Assembly (NCBI GenBank): GCA_963798845.1
Contig: CAWCUS010000005.1
Coordinates: 339,402-403,401 of the forward strand
Length of the DNA: 64,000 nucleotides
Origin: an uncultured Gemmatimonadales bacterium
Lineage (GTDB): Bacteria; Gemmatimonadota; Gemmatimonadetes; Longimicrobiales; RSA9
Reading direction: 5' to 3'
Below are positions 31,117 through 42,132 of this stretch, one piece after another; position 1 is the first letter of the stretch; each line of letters begins with the position of its first letter. Under the pieces are notes generated by a model. That model was not told the origin of the DNA, did no database searches, and saw nothing but the letters and a program-made list of their open reading frames with translations. The position numbers and the translations under genes are program-made.

Positions 31117-32205
31117 ATGGCGCGCAGCTCTGCCCGCGGAGGCCCCGCCCCTGCCCTTTCTCTCCGGGCGGGTCCCGATGCGCTACGGCTCATACGGGAG
31201 CGAGGGCTGCGCGGAGAGGACGTGGACGTGGTGCCGGGGGCGGGCGGAGGGCCGAAGTGGCTGGTGCTGGAAGCGCTGGACCGCTTCCTCTTCGGTGAGG
31301 TCCTGCAGGCGCGGCGTTCCGGGCCACTGCACCTGATCGGCTCATCCATCGGCGCGTGGCGTCTGGCGTGCGCGGCGCAGGGGGACCCCGCGGCCGCGAT
31401 CGAGCGGATGAAGGAGGCGTACCTGGCGCAGCGCTACGACCGCAAGCCGACGCCGGGGGAAGTGAGCGAGGAGAGCGGCCGGATCCTGGACCGGCTCCTG
31501 GGGGAGCGGGGGGCCGACGAGATCCTCACGCGCCGGTGGACGCGCCTGCACGTGATCACTGCCGAGTGCCGTGGCGCGGCGGCGAGCGAGTGGCTCCCGC
31601 TTCTGGGCGCGGCGATGGCGGCGGCCGCGGCGGCGAACATGGTGAGCCGGCGCGGGCTGGCGCTCCAGGTCCGTCGCGTGATCTTCCATACGGCGGGGGA
31701 CGCCAGCCCGTTCCTCTCGCTCCGCGACTTCCCGACGCGGCACCTTCCGCTCACGCGCGCCAACCTGCGACCCGCGCTGCTCGCCACCGGGTCGATCCCG
31801 CTCGTTCTCGAAGGGGTCCGCATCCCCGGCGCGCCGGGCGCGGTCTACCGCGATGGCGGGATCGTGGATTATCACCCGGACTTCGATTTCGGGGCGGGCG
31901 AGGGGCTGATCCTCTACCCCCACTACTTCGGCCACATCGTGCCCGGGTGGTTCGACAAGGCGCTCCGCTGGAGGCGCGGCACCCCTGGGAACTTCCGCAG
32001 GGCGCTCATCATCGCTCCGAGCGACGAGTTCGTCGCACGGCTCCCGGGTGGCGCGATCCCGGACCGCAGGGACTTCTACCAGCTTGGGGAGGCCGAGCGG
32101 CTGGCGCGCTGGAAGCGGGTGCTCGCGGAGGGGGAGGCGCTGGCGGATGAGCTGCGGGAGCTGGTCGAGACCGGTGCCATCGCAGAGGCAGTGCGCCCAC
32201 TCTGA
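31117..32205 (+). CDS. Patatin-like phospholipase family protein
   Basis: GAGGGPKW oxyanion loop, GSSIG nucleophile and DGG motif. Confidence 0.8.
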   Translation: MARSSARGGPAPALSLRAGPDALRLIRERGLRGEDVDVVPGAGGGPKWLVLEALDRFLFGEVLQARRSGPLHLIGSSIGAWRLACAAQGDPAAAIERMKEAYLAQRYDRKPTPGEVSEESGRILDRLLGERGADEILTRRWTRLHVITAECRGAAASEWLPLLGAAMAAAAAANMVSRRGLALQVRRVIFHTAGDASPFLSLRDFPTRHLPLTRANLRPALLATGSIPLVLEGVRIPGAPGAVYRDGGIVDYHPDFDFGAGEGLILYPHYFGHIVPGWFDKALRWRRGTPGNFRRALIIAPSDEFVARLPGGAIPDRRDFYQLGEAERLARWKRVLAEGEALADELRELVETGAIAEAVRPL

Positions 32206-32348
32206 GCACGGGAGGCGTCGGAGCGGACGCCGGCCTGACGGCCGGCCCGGGACGATCCCGCACCCCCCGACACGATCCCGCACCGCCGGACACGCCGCAC
32301 GCCGCCTTCGGCTCCGGGCGGGTCCGATTCTTGACCGATGCGTCGAGC

Positions 32349-33365
32349 ATGAAAGTCGCCGCCATCGTGAGTCTGATCGCGGGCCTGGGCGCCATCGCCG
32401 GCCTGTTCCTGCTGTCGGATCCGGCGCACATCTGGGCGCTGATCGAGCAGGTGGCGGTGTGGCTCGTGCCGCTCTCCATCGCGCATTTCGTGTTCGTCTT
32501 CCTGACCACGATGGCGTGGCGCAGCCTGCTGGTGGCCCAGGACATGGACCGCCCGCTCAGGGAGCTGTTCCGGATGCGCTGGATCGGCGACGCCCTGTCG
32601 GCGCTCACCCCTTTCGGCATCGCCGACGGCGAGGCCGCCCGGGCGTACCTGCAGGCGAAGGAGACGGAGCTGGACGGGCCGAAGGTCGCCGCGGTGGTCA
32701 TGGTCGAGCTGACCGCGCGGCTGCTGTCGCTCGTGCTGTTCATCCTGGTGGGCATCCTCCTGCTCGCCATCTACGGAGGGCGGCACGTGTGGCTCACGGC
32801 GGGCGGCGCGACGGCGCTGCTGGTGGCGGGGCTGGGCGCGTACGTCTATGCCCAGAAGCACGACTGGCTGCACAAGCTGGCGCGGAAGATCGGGAAGCGA
32901 AGCAAGAGCGAGAAGTGGCAGGAGCTGGCCGGTGACACGGACGCGGTGAACGAGCACCTGGGCCCGATCTACGGCGAGCACGGAGCTTTCCTGCGTTGCA
33001 CCGGCTGGCACTTCGCCGCCTGGGTCTTCTCCGCCGCGGAGATGATGTTCCTTCTCTGGGTCCTGGACACGCCCGCGGGACCGATGGAAGCCTGGATCTT
33101 CGAAGCCATCGGGCAGGCGGCGCGCAACGCCGGCTTCTTCCTGCCCGCCGCCCTCGGCGCCCAGGAAGGCGGCTACTACCTCGGCGCGAAGGCGATCGGG
33201 AAGAGCTCCTCCGTGGGCGTGGCCGTGGCCATCATCAAGCGCGCCCGCGACATCATCTTCGGTGTGCCCGCGCTCCTGCTGTGGCAGGGGCACGAGCTGA
33301 AGGAGAACAAGGAAGAGGAGGAGGGCGACGAAGGGCGCGAGGCGGGCGAAGCCGCCGCGGGCTGA
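32349..33365 (+). CDS. Lysylphosphatidylglycerol-synthase TM-domain (flippase-like, HpnL-like) membrane protein
   Basis: Multiple TM segments; AWR.LL, LTPFGIADGE and PAALGAQEGG motifs; alternative start TTG 32331. Confidence 0.78.
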   Translation: MKVAAIVSLIAGLGAIAGLFLLSDPAHIWALIEQVAVWLVPLSIAHFVFVFLTTMAWRSLLVAQDMDRPLRELFRMRWIGDALSALTPFGIADGEAARAYLQAKETELDGPKVAAVVMVELTARLLSLVLFILVGILLLAIYGGRHVWLTAGGATALLVAGLGAYVYAQKHDWLHKLARKIGKRSKSEKWQELAGDTDAVNEHLGPIYGEHGAFLRCTGWHFAAWVFSAAEMMFLLWVLDTPAGPMEAWIFEAIGQAARNAGFFLPAALGAQEGGYYLGAKAIGKSSSVGVAVAIIKRARDIIFGVPALLLWQGHELKENKEEEEGDEGREAGEAAAG

Positions 33366-33394
33366 ACGAGCCGGGCGCGAACCGGTTCCGCCGC

Positions 33395-34753
<1,359 letters not shown>

Positions 34754-34755
34754 GC

Positions 34756-36138
34756 TCAGCCGATTCCCGGGATCTCGATGCGGAACGTCGCGCCGCCGCC
34801 ATGGCGGTTCGAGGCGATGATGGTGCCGCCGTGCATCTCCACGATGCGCCGGGCCACCGGCAGCCCCAGCCCCGTGCCCGTGGTGCGCGTGGTGTAGAAC
34901 GGGTCGAACACGCGCGCCTCCTCGCCGGGCGCCAGCCCCTCGCCCCTGTCCTCGACGCTGATGGACAGCCGGCCCCTGTCCTCCGCCACCGTGACTTCCG
35001 CGGGGAATCCGGCTGGCGACGCCTGCACGGCGTTGCGCAGCAGGTTCACCAGCACCTGCCGCAGGCGAAGCTCGTCCAGCGGCCATGTGGGCGGAGCGGC
35101 CCCGCCGTGGACGACCACGCCGTCGCCCGGGGCGGCCTCCTCCACGGAGGCTCGCGCGAGCGCAACCGGGTCGGTGGGGCGGAGCTGGAGCGGCGCGGAG
35201 CGGGCGAAGTCCAGGAGGTCCGACGTGAGCGCTTCCAGGCGACTCGCCTCCGTCACCACGCGCTCCGCCTTCCGCCTCACCGGGCTGTCGCCCGGGAGCT
35301 GCTCGAGCAGCAGCTGGCCGTGTCCTTTCAGGGACGCCAGCGGGTTGCGGATCTCGTGGGCGAGCACGGCCGACATCTCGCCGAGCTCGCTCAGCCGCCG
35401 CTGCTCCTCGAGACGCCGCTCCGCTTCCTCGAAGCGCTGCGACAGCCTCCAGAACACCAGCGCGGCCAGCATGAGGATGGCGGCGCCCACGGCCGAGACC
35501 GCCAGCGTTCGTGACGCCCTGGCGACCATCTCCTCGGCCACCACCGGCTCGAACTCCAGCACCAGCACCGGCCGGTCCGCGCCGGGCCCGCCGGGGGACC
35601 CGACGAAGTAGGCCCGCACCCGGTCGTCCACGCGGCCGACCACCGGACCCTCCTGCGGCTCCGGCAGCGCGAAGGCGACGCCCACGGGCGTCCCGCTCGC
35701 GGCGATCATCTCCCCCGCCGGGCTCAGGATGCCGGCGAAGCGGAGACCGCTCTCCCTCCGCTCGGCCAGCGTGCTGTCGAGCACTGCCTGGATCGCGGCC
35801 GCGCTCGCGCCCTCGCCCGACGGCGACCCGGGCGGGCGGCCGAGGTCGCGGCGCGTGCTGTCCGGCTCCGCCCGCGCACCCTCCTCCCCGCCCCGCCCGC
35901 CGTGCCGCCGGCCATCGTGCTGGCGTTCCCACGCCCGGAAGGCGCCGCTCCGTACCGCCGACTCGAGGATCTGCGCCTGTCCCCGGATGAGCGAGTCGGA
36001 AGCGTTGCGAACGCTCCGGTAGTTGGCCCACGCGCTGCCCACGAGCGCCAGCCCGAGGGCGAGGGTGGTGAACAGCCAGCCCCAGCGGGCGCGGCGGCCG
36101 CGCCTCGCCGCGCCGGGGTCCCCCTTCAGCGGCTGCAT
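34756..36138 (-). CDS. Sensor histidine kinase
   Basis: Two TM segments; [26 protein letters not shown] and GTGLGL. Confidence 0.92.
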   Translation of the reverse strand: MQPLKGDPGAARRGRRARWGWLFTTLALGLALVGSAWANYRSVRNASDSLIRGQAQILESAVRSGAFRAWERQHDGRRHGGRGGEEGARAEPDSTRRDLGRPPGSPSGEGASAAAIQAVLDSTLAERRESGLRFAGILSPAGEMIAASGTPVGVAFALPEPQEGPVVGRVDDRVRAYFVGSPGGPGADRPVLVLEFEPVVAEEMVARASRTLAVSAVGAAILMLAALVFWRLSQRFEEAERRLEEQRRLSELGEMSAVLAHEIRNPLASLKGHGQLLLEQLPGDSPVRRKAERVVTEASRLEALTSDLLDFARSAPLQLRPTDPVALARASVEEAAPGDGVVVHGGAAPPTWPLDELRLRQVLVNLLRNAVQASPAGFPAEVTVAEDRGRLSISVEDRGEGLAPGEEARVFDPFYTTRTTGTGLGLPVARRIVEMHGGTIIASNRHGGGATFRIEIPGIG

Positions 36139-36179
36139 GGATCCATTGCTCCGTTACCCGGGGATGCCTGGCCCACGAC

Positions 36180-37651
36180 TCAGGACGGGAGCCCCGCGGC
36201 GGGGTCCAGGCCTCCCACATAGTAGTCCAGGAGCTTCTGCTGGAAGAGAAGCGAGTAGCGCGCGTTCACGCTGGCGCTGCTCGCCGACACCAGCTCGGCC
36301 CTGGACTGCGTGACCTCGAAGATGGTAGCGAGCCCGGCGTCGTAGCGCTCCTGCACCGCCCTGAGCGCCTGCGTCGCCGCCTTCACCCTCGCCTCCGCCG
36401 CATTCATCTGCTCCACCGCGGCCTCGCGGTCAAGGACCGCGCGGCGGACTTCGAGGGCGATCTGCTGCCGCAGGTCCGTCAGGGCCAGCTGCGCGTTGTC
36501 CGCCTGGATCCTCGCCCGCTCCGTCGCGCGCTGGGTTGTCAGCCTGTCGAAGAGCGGGAACGACACCGACAGACCGACCGAGCCGCTCTTCTTGTCGCTC
36601 AGCTGGTTCGCCAGCGACAGGTCGGCGGCGTTGGTGTACGAGCTGCCGTAGCCGGCCGACAGGCTCACGGTGGGCCACCACGACGCCGAGGCCGCCCTCA
36701 CGCCCGCCGACGCCGACCGGACGCCCGCCTGCGCCGCCTCCAGATCCGGGCGCGAGGCATACGCCGCGTCCAGGAGAGCGTTGACGTCCAGCGCCGTGTC
36801 CACCTTCACGCTCCCGGGCATGGCGGGCGCGGCGAACGCGTAGCTCGCGGCCGGATCGAGCTGGAGCACCTGGATCAGCGCGACCTTCTTCAGCGCCGTG
36901 TCGCGGCGCGCTTCGACCAGCGTCGACCTCGCCGCCGCCACCTGCGCTTCCTGCTGGTACAGGTCGGCGATGGGGCGAGTGCCCGCGTCCGACAGGGTCT
37001 GCACCTGCCTGAGCAGCTGCTCCTGCGCCATCAGGTTCTCCTCCGCCACCTTCACCTGTTCCTGCGCCGCGATCAGGTCCAGGTAGCCGGAGATCACCGA
37101 GAAGACCACGGTCTGCTCGGCCCGCTCCGTGTCCAGCTCCGCCGCGGCCCGGTCCAGGTTCGCCGCCTTCAGCGTGTTGACGTTCCGGAACCCGTCGAAG
37201 AGCGTCAGGCTGCTCGAAACCCGCGCCGAGCCGCTCCCCGTGTTGCCGCTCAGCAGCTGTCCCTCCGTCGTGTTGAAGGTGCGCCCGAAATCCTGGTTCC
37301 AGCCGCCGGAGAGCCGCAGGTCCGGCGCGAACGCCATGCGAGCGTCCTGGACCCCGAGCGCGGACAGGTCCTGCTGGTTCTGCGCGCGCTTCAGGGTGGT
37401 GCTCTGGCGCAGCGCCATGTCCACCGCCTCCTGGAACGTGATCACCGAGGAGTCTCCGGCCGACATGGTCTGCGCGGCGGCGGCGGCCGGCAGGGCGAGC
37501 GTCGCGGCCAGGCCCAGCGTCGCCAGGCCGAGCGCCGCCCGGCCCAGCGTCGTCGCCCGGCCGAGCGTCGCCGCCGCCAGCCCGCCCAGCTCGCCAGGGC
37601 AGTGCGGGGCGTCCCTCTCGCGCGAATCCGTCTTGCGTTGCTGTGCTGCAT
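36180..37651 (-). CDS. TolC family outer-membrane efflux protein; 1-nt deletion near 37591 in the signal region
   Basis: OEP repeats (LTLFDGF, PLFD, ERYDAG); GGAGG-ATG at 37651 joins the main frame if GCG AG CTG is read as GCG ACG CTG. Confidence 0.88.
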
Positions 37652-37689
37652 GACATCCTCCATGGGGGCCGTGCCGGCCCGTCCAGAAA

Positions 37690-38907
37690 TCACTCGTACC
37701 GGAGCGCCTCGATGGGATCGAGCGCCGCCGCCCGCCGCGCGGGATAGAAGCCGAAGAAGATCCCGACCGCGCCCGAGAAGCCGAGGGCGAGCGCGACGGT
37801 GGGAATGGAGATCAGGGTGCTCCAGCCGGTGACGTGGCCGAGGATGGTGCTCCCGGCCACGCCGAGGCCGAGGCCGATGAGGCCGCCGAGCACGCTCATG
37901 ACGACGCTCTCCACCAGGAACTGCGTCAGCACGTCGGAGCCGCGTGCGCCCATGGCGAGGCGGAGTCCCACCTCGCGCGTCCGCTCGGTGACCGAAACGA
38001 GCATGATGTTCATGATCCCGATCCCGCCCACCAGCAGCGAGATGCTGGCGATCGCGGCGAGGAGCAGGGTCATGACGTGTGTGGTCCCCTGCGCCGCTTC
38101 CGAGATCTGGTCCTGGTTGCGGATCGTGAAGTCGTCCGGCTGGTTGCCCGCCAGGCCGTGGGCGTCGCGCAGGATCTCGCGGATCTCCTGCTGCGCGGAC
38201 GGGACGTCGCCCGGCGAGAACGTGCTGGCCAGGATCTGCGGGATGAACATGCGTCCGCTGAGCCGGGTCTGGATCGTGGTGTACGGGGCCAGGATGGCGT
38301 CGTCCTGGTCGTGGCCGTCCGGGGTCTGCCCCTTGGCGGCCAGCACGCCGATGACCGTGACCGGCACGTTCCGGATCCGGATCTGACGGCCCACCGCGTC
38401 GCCGTTCGGGAACAGGTTCTTCGCCACGGTGCTGCCCAGCAGCACGTCCTTGCGCATGGCGCGCACGTCGGCCACGTCGAAGAAGCGGCCGTCGGTCACC
38501 GGCCAGTCGCGGATGGTCTGGTAATCGGCGGACACGCCCATGATGAGGGTGTGCCAGTTGCCGGCTCCGCCGACGACCTGCCCGAACGTCATCACGACCG
38601 GCGAGACGCCGGCCACCAGGAAGCCCTGGCCGCGGATCATGTCCGCGTCATCCACGGTGAGACGCGTGAACGTCTGCGCGCCCTGGCTCACGCCGCCCTG
38701 CTCGGCTGCGCCCGGGGTGATGACGAGCATGTTGGTGCCCAGGTTCTGGATCTGCTGCTCGATCTGGTGCTGCGCTCCGGCGCCCACGGCCACCATGACG
38801 ATGACCGCCGCCACGCCGATGATGATCCCCAGCATGGTGAGGAGCGTGCGCATCTTGTTCTTCAGGATGCTCTGGCCCGCCACCTTGATCAGCACTTTCG
38901 ACTTCAT
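37690..38907 (-). CDS. MacB/FtsX-type ABC transporter permease
   Basis: NKMRTLLTMLGIIIGVAAVI, LLVGGIGIMNIMLVSVTERTRE and FYPARRAAALDPIEALRYE. Confidence 0.94.
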   Translation of the reverse strand: MKSKVLIKVAGQSILKNKMRTLLTMLGIIIGVAAVIVMVAVGAGAQHQIEQQIQNLGTNMLVITPGAAEQGGVSQGAQTFTRLTVDDADMIRGQGFLVAGVSPVVMTFGQVVGGAGNWHTLIMGVSADYQTIRDWPVTDGRFFDVADVRAMRKDVLLGSTVAKNLFPNGDAVGRQIRIRNVPVTVIGVLAAKGQTPDGHDQDDAILAPYTTIQTRLSGRMFIPQILASTFSPGDVPSAQQEIREILRDAHGLAGNQPDDFTIRNQDQISEAAQGTTHVMTLLLAAIASISLLVGGIGIMNIMLVSVTERTREVGLRLAMGARGSDVLTQFLVESVVMSVLGGLIGLGLGVAGSTILGHVTGWSTLISIPTVALALGFSGAVGIFFGFYPARRAAALDPIEALRYE

Positions 38908-39674
38908 GCCGCACCTGCCGTTTTCACTTCGTCCATTCCCGCCAGGTCACTGGCCGCGACGTGGCGGTCGGGCACCGGCTCGTCCCTCACCACGCGGCCG
39001 TCCCTGAGCTCCACCACGCGGTGCGCGTAGCGGGCGATGTCCGGCTCGTGCGTCACCAGCACGATGGTCACGCCCTCCTCGTTCAGCTCCTGGAACAGCG
39101 CCATCACCTCCACGGACGTCACCGAGTCCAGGTTCCCCGTGGGCTCGTCCGCCAGCACCAGCGACGGGCGCGTCACCAGCGCCCGGGCGATGGCCACGCG
39201 CTGCTGCTGCCCGCCCGACAGCTCCGCCGGGTCGTGGTCCAGGCGGTCGCCGAGCCCCACCCGCTCGAGCGACGCCTTCGCCATCGCCCGCGTGTCCAGC
39301 TTCCGGCCCGTCCGGTCGTAGAGCAGCGGGAGCTCCACGTTCTCCAGCGCGTTCGTGCGCGCAAGCAGGTTGAAGCCCTGGAAGACGAAGCCCAGCTTCT
39401 GGTTGCGCACGTCCGCCAGCGCGTTCCTGTCCAGCCCGTCGACCCGCTCGCCATCCAGCGCGTAGCTGCCCGCGCTGGGCCGGTCCAGGCAGCCCAGGAT
39501 GTTCATGAGCGTCGACTTCCCCGACCCCGACGCGCCCATGATCGCCACCATCTCCCCGCGCTCCAGGGTGAGGTCCACGCCGTTCAGCGCGTGCACCTCG
39601 TTCTGCCCGGACCGGTAGACCTTCTCCAGCGCCCGCGCGTCGATCACGGGCGCCCCCCCCGCCGGCGCGATCAT
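38904..39674 (-). CDS. ABC transporter ATP-binding protein (MacB/LolD-like)
   Basis: GASGSGKS, LSGGQQQR, ADEPTGNLD and VTHE. Confidence 0.94.
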   Translation of the reverse strand: MIAPAGGAPVIDARALEKVYRSGQNEVHALNGVDLTLERGEMVAIMGASGSGKSTLMNILGCLDRPSAGSYALDGERVDGLDRNALADVRNQKLGFVFQGFNLLARTNALENVELPLLYDRTGRKLDTRAMAKASLERVGLGDRLDHDPAELSGGQQQRVAIARALVTRPSLVLADEPTGNLDSVTSVEVMALFQELNEEGVTIVLVTHEPDIARYAHRVVELRDGRVVRDEPVPDRHVAASDLAGMDEVKTAGAA

Positions 39675-40990
39675 CAGAACGCTCCCGGAGGCCGGCGGCC
39701 CCCGCTCGAGCCCGACTGGAACGGGTTCGCCGAAGTCTCGGGCGCCGCCGACCCGCTGGTCACGGCCGCGATCACCTGGAGCCCTTCCTTCACCGACGGC
39801 GGCGCCTTCGTGATCACCGTGTTCTGCCCGTCCGTGAGACCCGTCTGCACGGGCGCCACCGCCAGCTTTCCGTCCGCGTCCACGTACCAGAGGATGGCGT
39901 GCGACGACCCTGCTCCGCTCCCCGCCCGGGCGCTCCGGGCTCCGCCCCCGCCCGCCTGTCCGGCGCGCGCCCGCGCCGCCCACGCCGCCCGGCGTGCTTC
40001 GGCACCCGCGGCCGCGGCACTGTCGCCGTCGGCGCCCTGGCGCGCGGCAAAGCGCCCGGCGACCTGCGCCCGCATCGCCTCCGTGGGCTGGAAGCGGAGC
40101 GCCGTGTTCGGCACGGTCAGCGCGTCCTGGACGCTGTCCACCACGAACTCCACGGTCGCGGTCATCCCCGGGAGCAAGGCCCCCTCCGGGTTCGCCACCG
40201 TCACCACCGCGCTGTAGTTCACCACGTTCTCCGTGCTGGTCGACGCCAGTCGCACCTGCCGCACGCGGCCGCTGAACGTCCGCTCAGGGTACGCCTGCAC
40301 GGTGAAGCGAACGTCCTGTCCCTGGTGAATCTTCCCGATGTCGCTCTCATCCACGCTCGCCAGGATCTCCATCTGCCCCAGGTCGCGCGCCAGGACGAAC
40401 AGCGTCGGCGCCGAGAAGCTCGCCGCCACCGTCTGCCCCACGTCCACGCTTCGCGACACCACCACGCCGTCGATGGGCGCCCGGATCTCCGTGTACTCCA
40501 GGTTCCGCTTCGCCCGGTCCAGGCTGATCCTCGCCTGCTCGTACGTCGCCTTCGCCGCGTCGTACGTGTACTGCGCCTGGTCCTGCTCCGCGTCCGTCAC
40601 CACCTTCTTCGCGTGCAGCTCCGTCGACCGGTCCAGCGCCCGCTTCGCCTGCTCCAGGTCCGCCCTGTTCTTCGCCACGCTCGCGTCCGCCGACCGCACC
40701 TCCTGCTGCAGGATCGTCGGATCGATCCGCGCCAGAAGCTGACCCGCCTTCACGTGGTCGTTGTAGTCCGCGTCGATCTCCGCCAGCTGACCCGAGACCT
40801 GCGTCCCCACGTCCACGGTCTCCGTCGCCTGCAGCGTCCCCGTGGCCGTCACCGTCGACTCCACGTCCCCCCGCCCCACGCTCACGAACCTGTACTGCGG
40901 CGTCGCGCCATCGCTCCGCCGCACCAGTCCCCACGACAGCAGCGCCAGCACCGCCACCGCGGCGGGGATCAGGATCTTCTTGCGCTTCAT
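39674..40990 (-). CDS. Efflux periplasmic adaptor (MacA/HlyD-like)
   Basis: N-terminal TM; VGTQVSG, IRAPIDGVV, VGQTVAASF, VDESDIG and LLPGMTA. Confidence 0.92.
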   Translation of the reverse strand: MKRKKILIPAAVAVLALLSWGLVRRSDGATPQYRFVSVGRGDVESTVTATGTLQATETVDVGTQVSGQLAEIDADYNDHVKAGQLLARIDPTILQQEVRSADASVAKNRADLEQAKRALDRSTELHAKKVVTDAEQDQAQYTYDAAKATYEQARISLDRAKRNLEYTEIRAPIDGVVVSRSVDVGQTVAASFSAPTLFVLARDLGQMEILASVDESDIGKIHQGQDVRFTVQAYPERTFSGRVRQVRLASTSTENVVNYSAVVTVANPEGALLPGMTATVEFVVDSVQDALTVPNTALRFQPTEAMRAQVAGRFAARQGADGDSAAAAGAEARRAAWAARARAGQAGGGGARSARAGSGAGSSHAILWYVDADGKLAVAPVQTGLTDGQNTVITKAPPSVKEGLQVIAAVTSGSAAPETSANPFQSGSSGGRRPPGAF

Positions 40991-41045
40991 CTCGTCGTTC
41001 TCCCCTGTGACCGGGATCCTGCCTGCCTCCGGGCTTCCACAATGG

Positions 41046-41060
41046 GCACGGACCGGACCA
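41046..41060 (-). promoter_or_regulatory. Putative sigma-54 -24/-12 promoter of the efflux operon
   Basis: Minus strand TGGTCCGGTCCGTGC (GG-N10-GC), 56 bp before the ATG. Confidence 0.55.
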
Positions 41061-41110
41061 TGGATACGTACAGTGATTGCAACGGTTTCCGTGATTCTGG
41101 CGGTGGGCGT

Positions 41111-41148
41111 CCCTGCGACATCCGCAGGGAATGCTGCGGAATTCGCAG
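41111..41148. promoter_or_regulatory. Overlapping CTGCG/CGCAG palindromes, putative enhancer (UAS)
   Basis: CCCTGCG-N5-CGCAGGG, TCCGCAG-N6-CTGCGGA and CTGCG-N5-CGCAG. Confidence 0.5.
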
Positions 41149-41151
41149 AGG

Positions 41152-41328
41152 GGGCTGAGGGCCGAGGGCCGAGGGCCGAGGGCCGAGGGCTGAGGGCTGA
41201 GGGCTGAGGCGCTGAGGGCTGAGGGCTGAGGGCTGAGGGCTGAGGGCTGAGGGCTGAGGGCTGAGGGCTGAGGGCTGAGGGCTGAGGGCTGAGGGCTGAG
41301 GGCTGAGGGCTGAGGGCTGAGGGCTGAG
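41152..41328. repeat. Heptanucleotide tandem repeat (GGGCTGA/GGGCCGA), about 25 copies
   Basis: Read directly from the sequence. Confidence 0.97.
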
Positions 41329-41529
41329 GCGCGGCAGGAACGGCGGTCCGGACCCGAAAGTGACCTATCGGCCGCGCTGCCCGGCACGCTGGTCGATTTA
41401 CGGCTCCAGGGGCCGGAATTCGACCAAACGCCGGCCGAGCGCTCGACTGCGTGGTCACTTTCACGCTCCCAGAGCAGGATCGTGACCAAACGCCGCCATC
41501 ACAGGCCACGTCGGTCGCTATTCGGCGCC

Positions 41530-42000
41530 GGCGCCCCCCCCTACGGCCGGGCGGCCAGCCACCGCCGCGGCGCCCCCCCAGCCCACCCCCCTACGGCCGG
41601 GCGGCCAGCCCACCCCAGCCGCGGCCGCCCCCGCGCGCCCACCCCCCTACGGCCGGGCGGCCAGCCACCGCCGCGGCGCCCCCCCAGCCCACCCCTACGG
41701 CCGGGCGGCCAGCCACCGCCGCGGCGCCCCCCAGCCCCCCCTACGGCCGGGCGGCCAGCCACCGCCGCGGCGCCCCCCCAGCCCACCCCCCGGCCGGGCG
41801 GCCAGCCACCGCCGCGGCGCCCCCCAGCCCACCCCCCTACGGCCGGGCGGCCAGCCACCGCCGCGGCGCCCCCCCCAGCCCACCCCCCTACGGCCGGGCG
41901 GCCAGCCACCGCCGCGGCGCCCCCCCAGCCCACCCCCCTACGGCGGGCGGCCAGCCACCGCCGCGGCGCCCCCCCAGCCCGACACTACGGCCGGGCGGCG
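41530..42000. repeat. Minisatellite of about 50 bp, about 10 copies (CnTACGGCCGGGCGGCCAGCCACCGCCGCGGCGCnAGCCCA)
   Basis: Core recurs near 41541, 41592, 41647, 41695, 41741, 41791, 41837, 41888, 41938 and 41985; differences are mostly in C-run length. Confidence 0.93.
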
Positions 42001-42132
42001 ACCCACCGTCGGGCCACCCCCCCGCCCTCTTCGACCGGCCGGGCGTCCCCGGGCGAACGCCACTATTCAGGCTGGCGGCGCGTTGTATCTTGCCGGACCA
42101 CCGCCCACGAAACCGCAGCCGGGACACGACTG

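Noticed and set aside
41530..42000. CRISPR array
   Set aside because: No unique spacers (units differ mainly in C-run length) and no cas genes in the window
40991..42132. N-terminal extensions of ORFs 39674..41509 and 41451..44879 (PSALSPQ and PPYGRAAS repeats)
   Set aside because: These are translations of non-coding tandem repeats; better starts exist at 40990 and 42133
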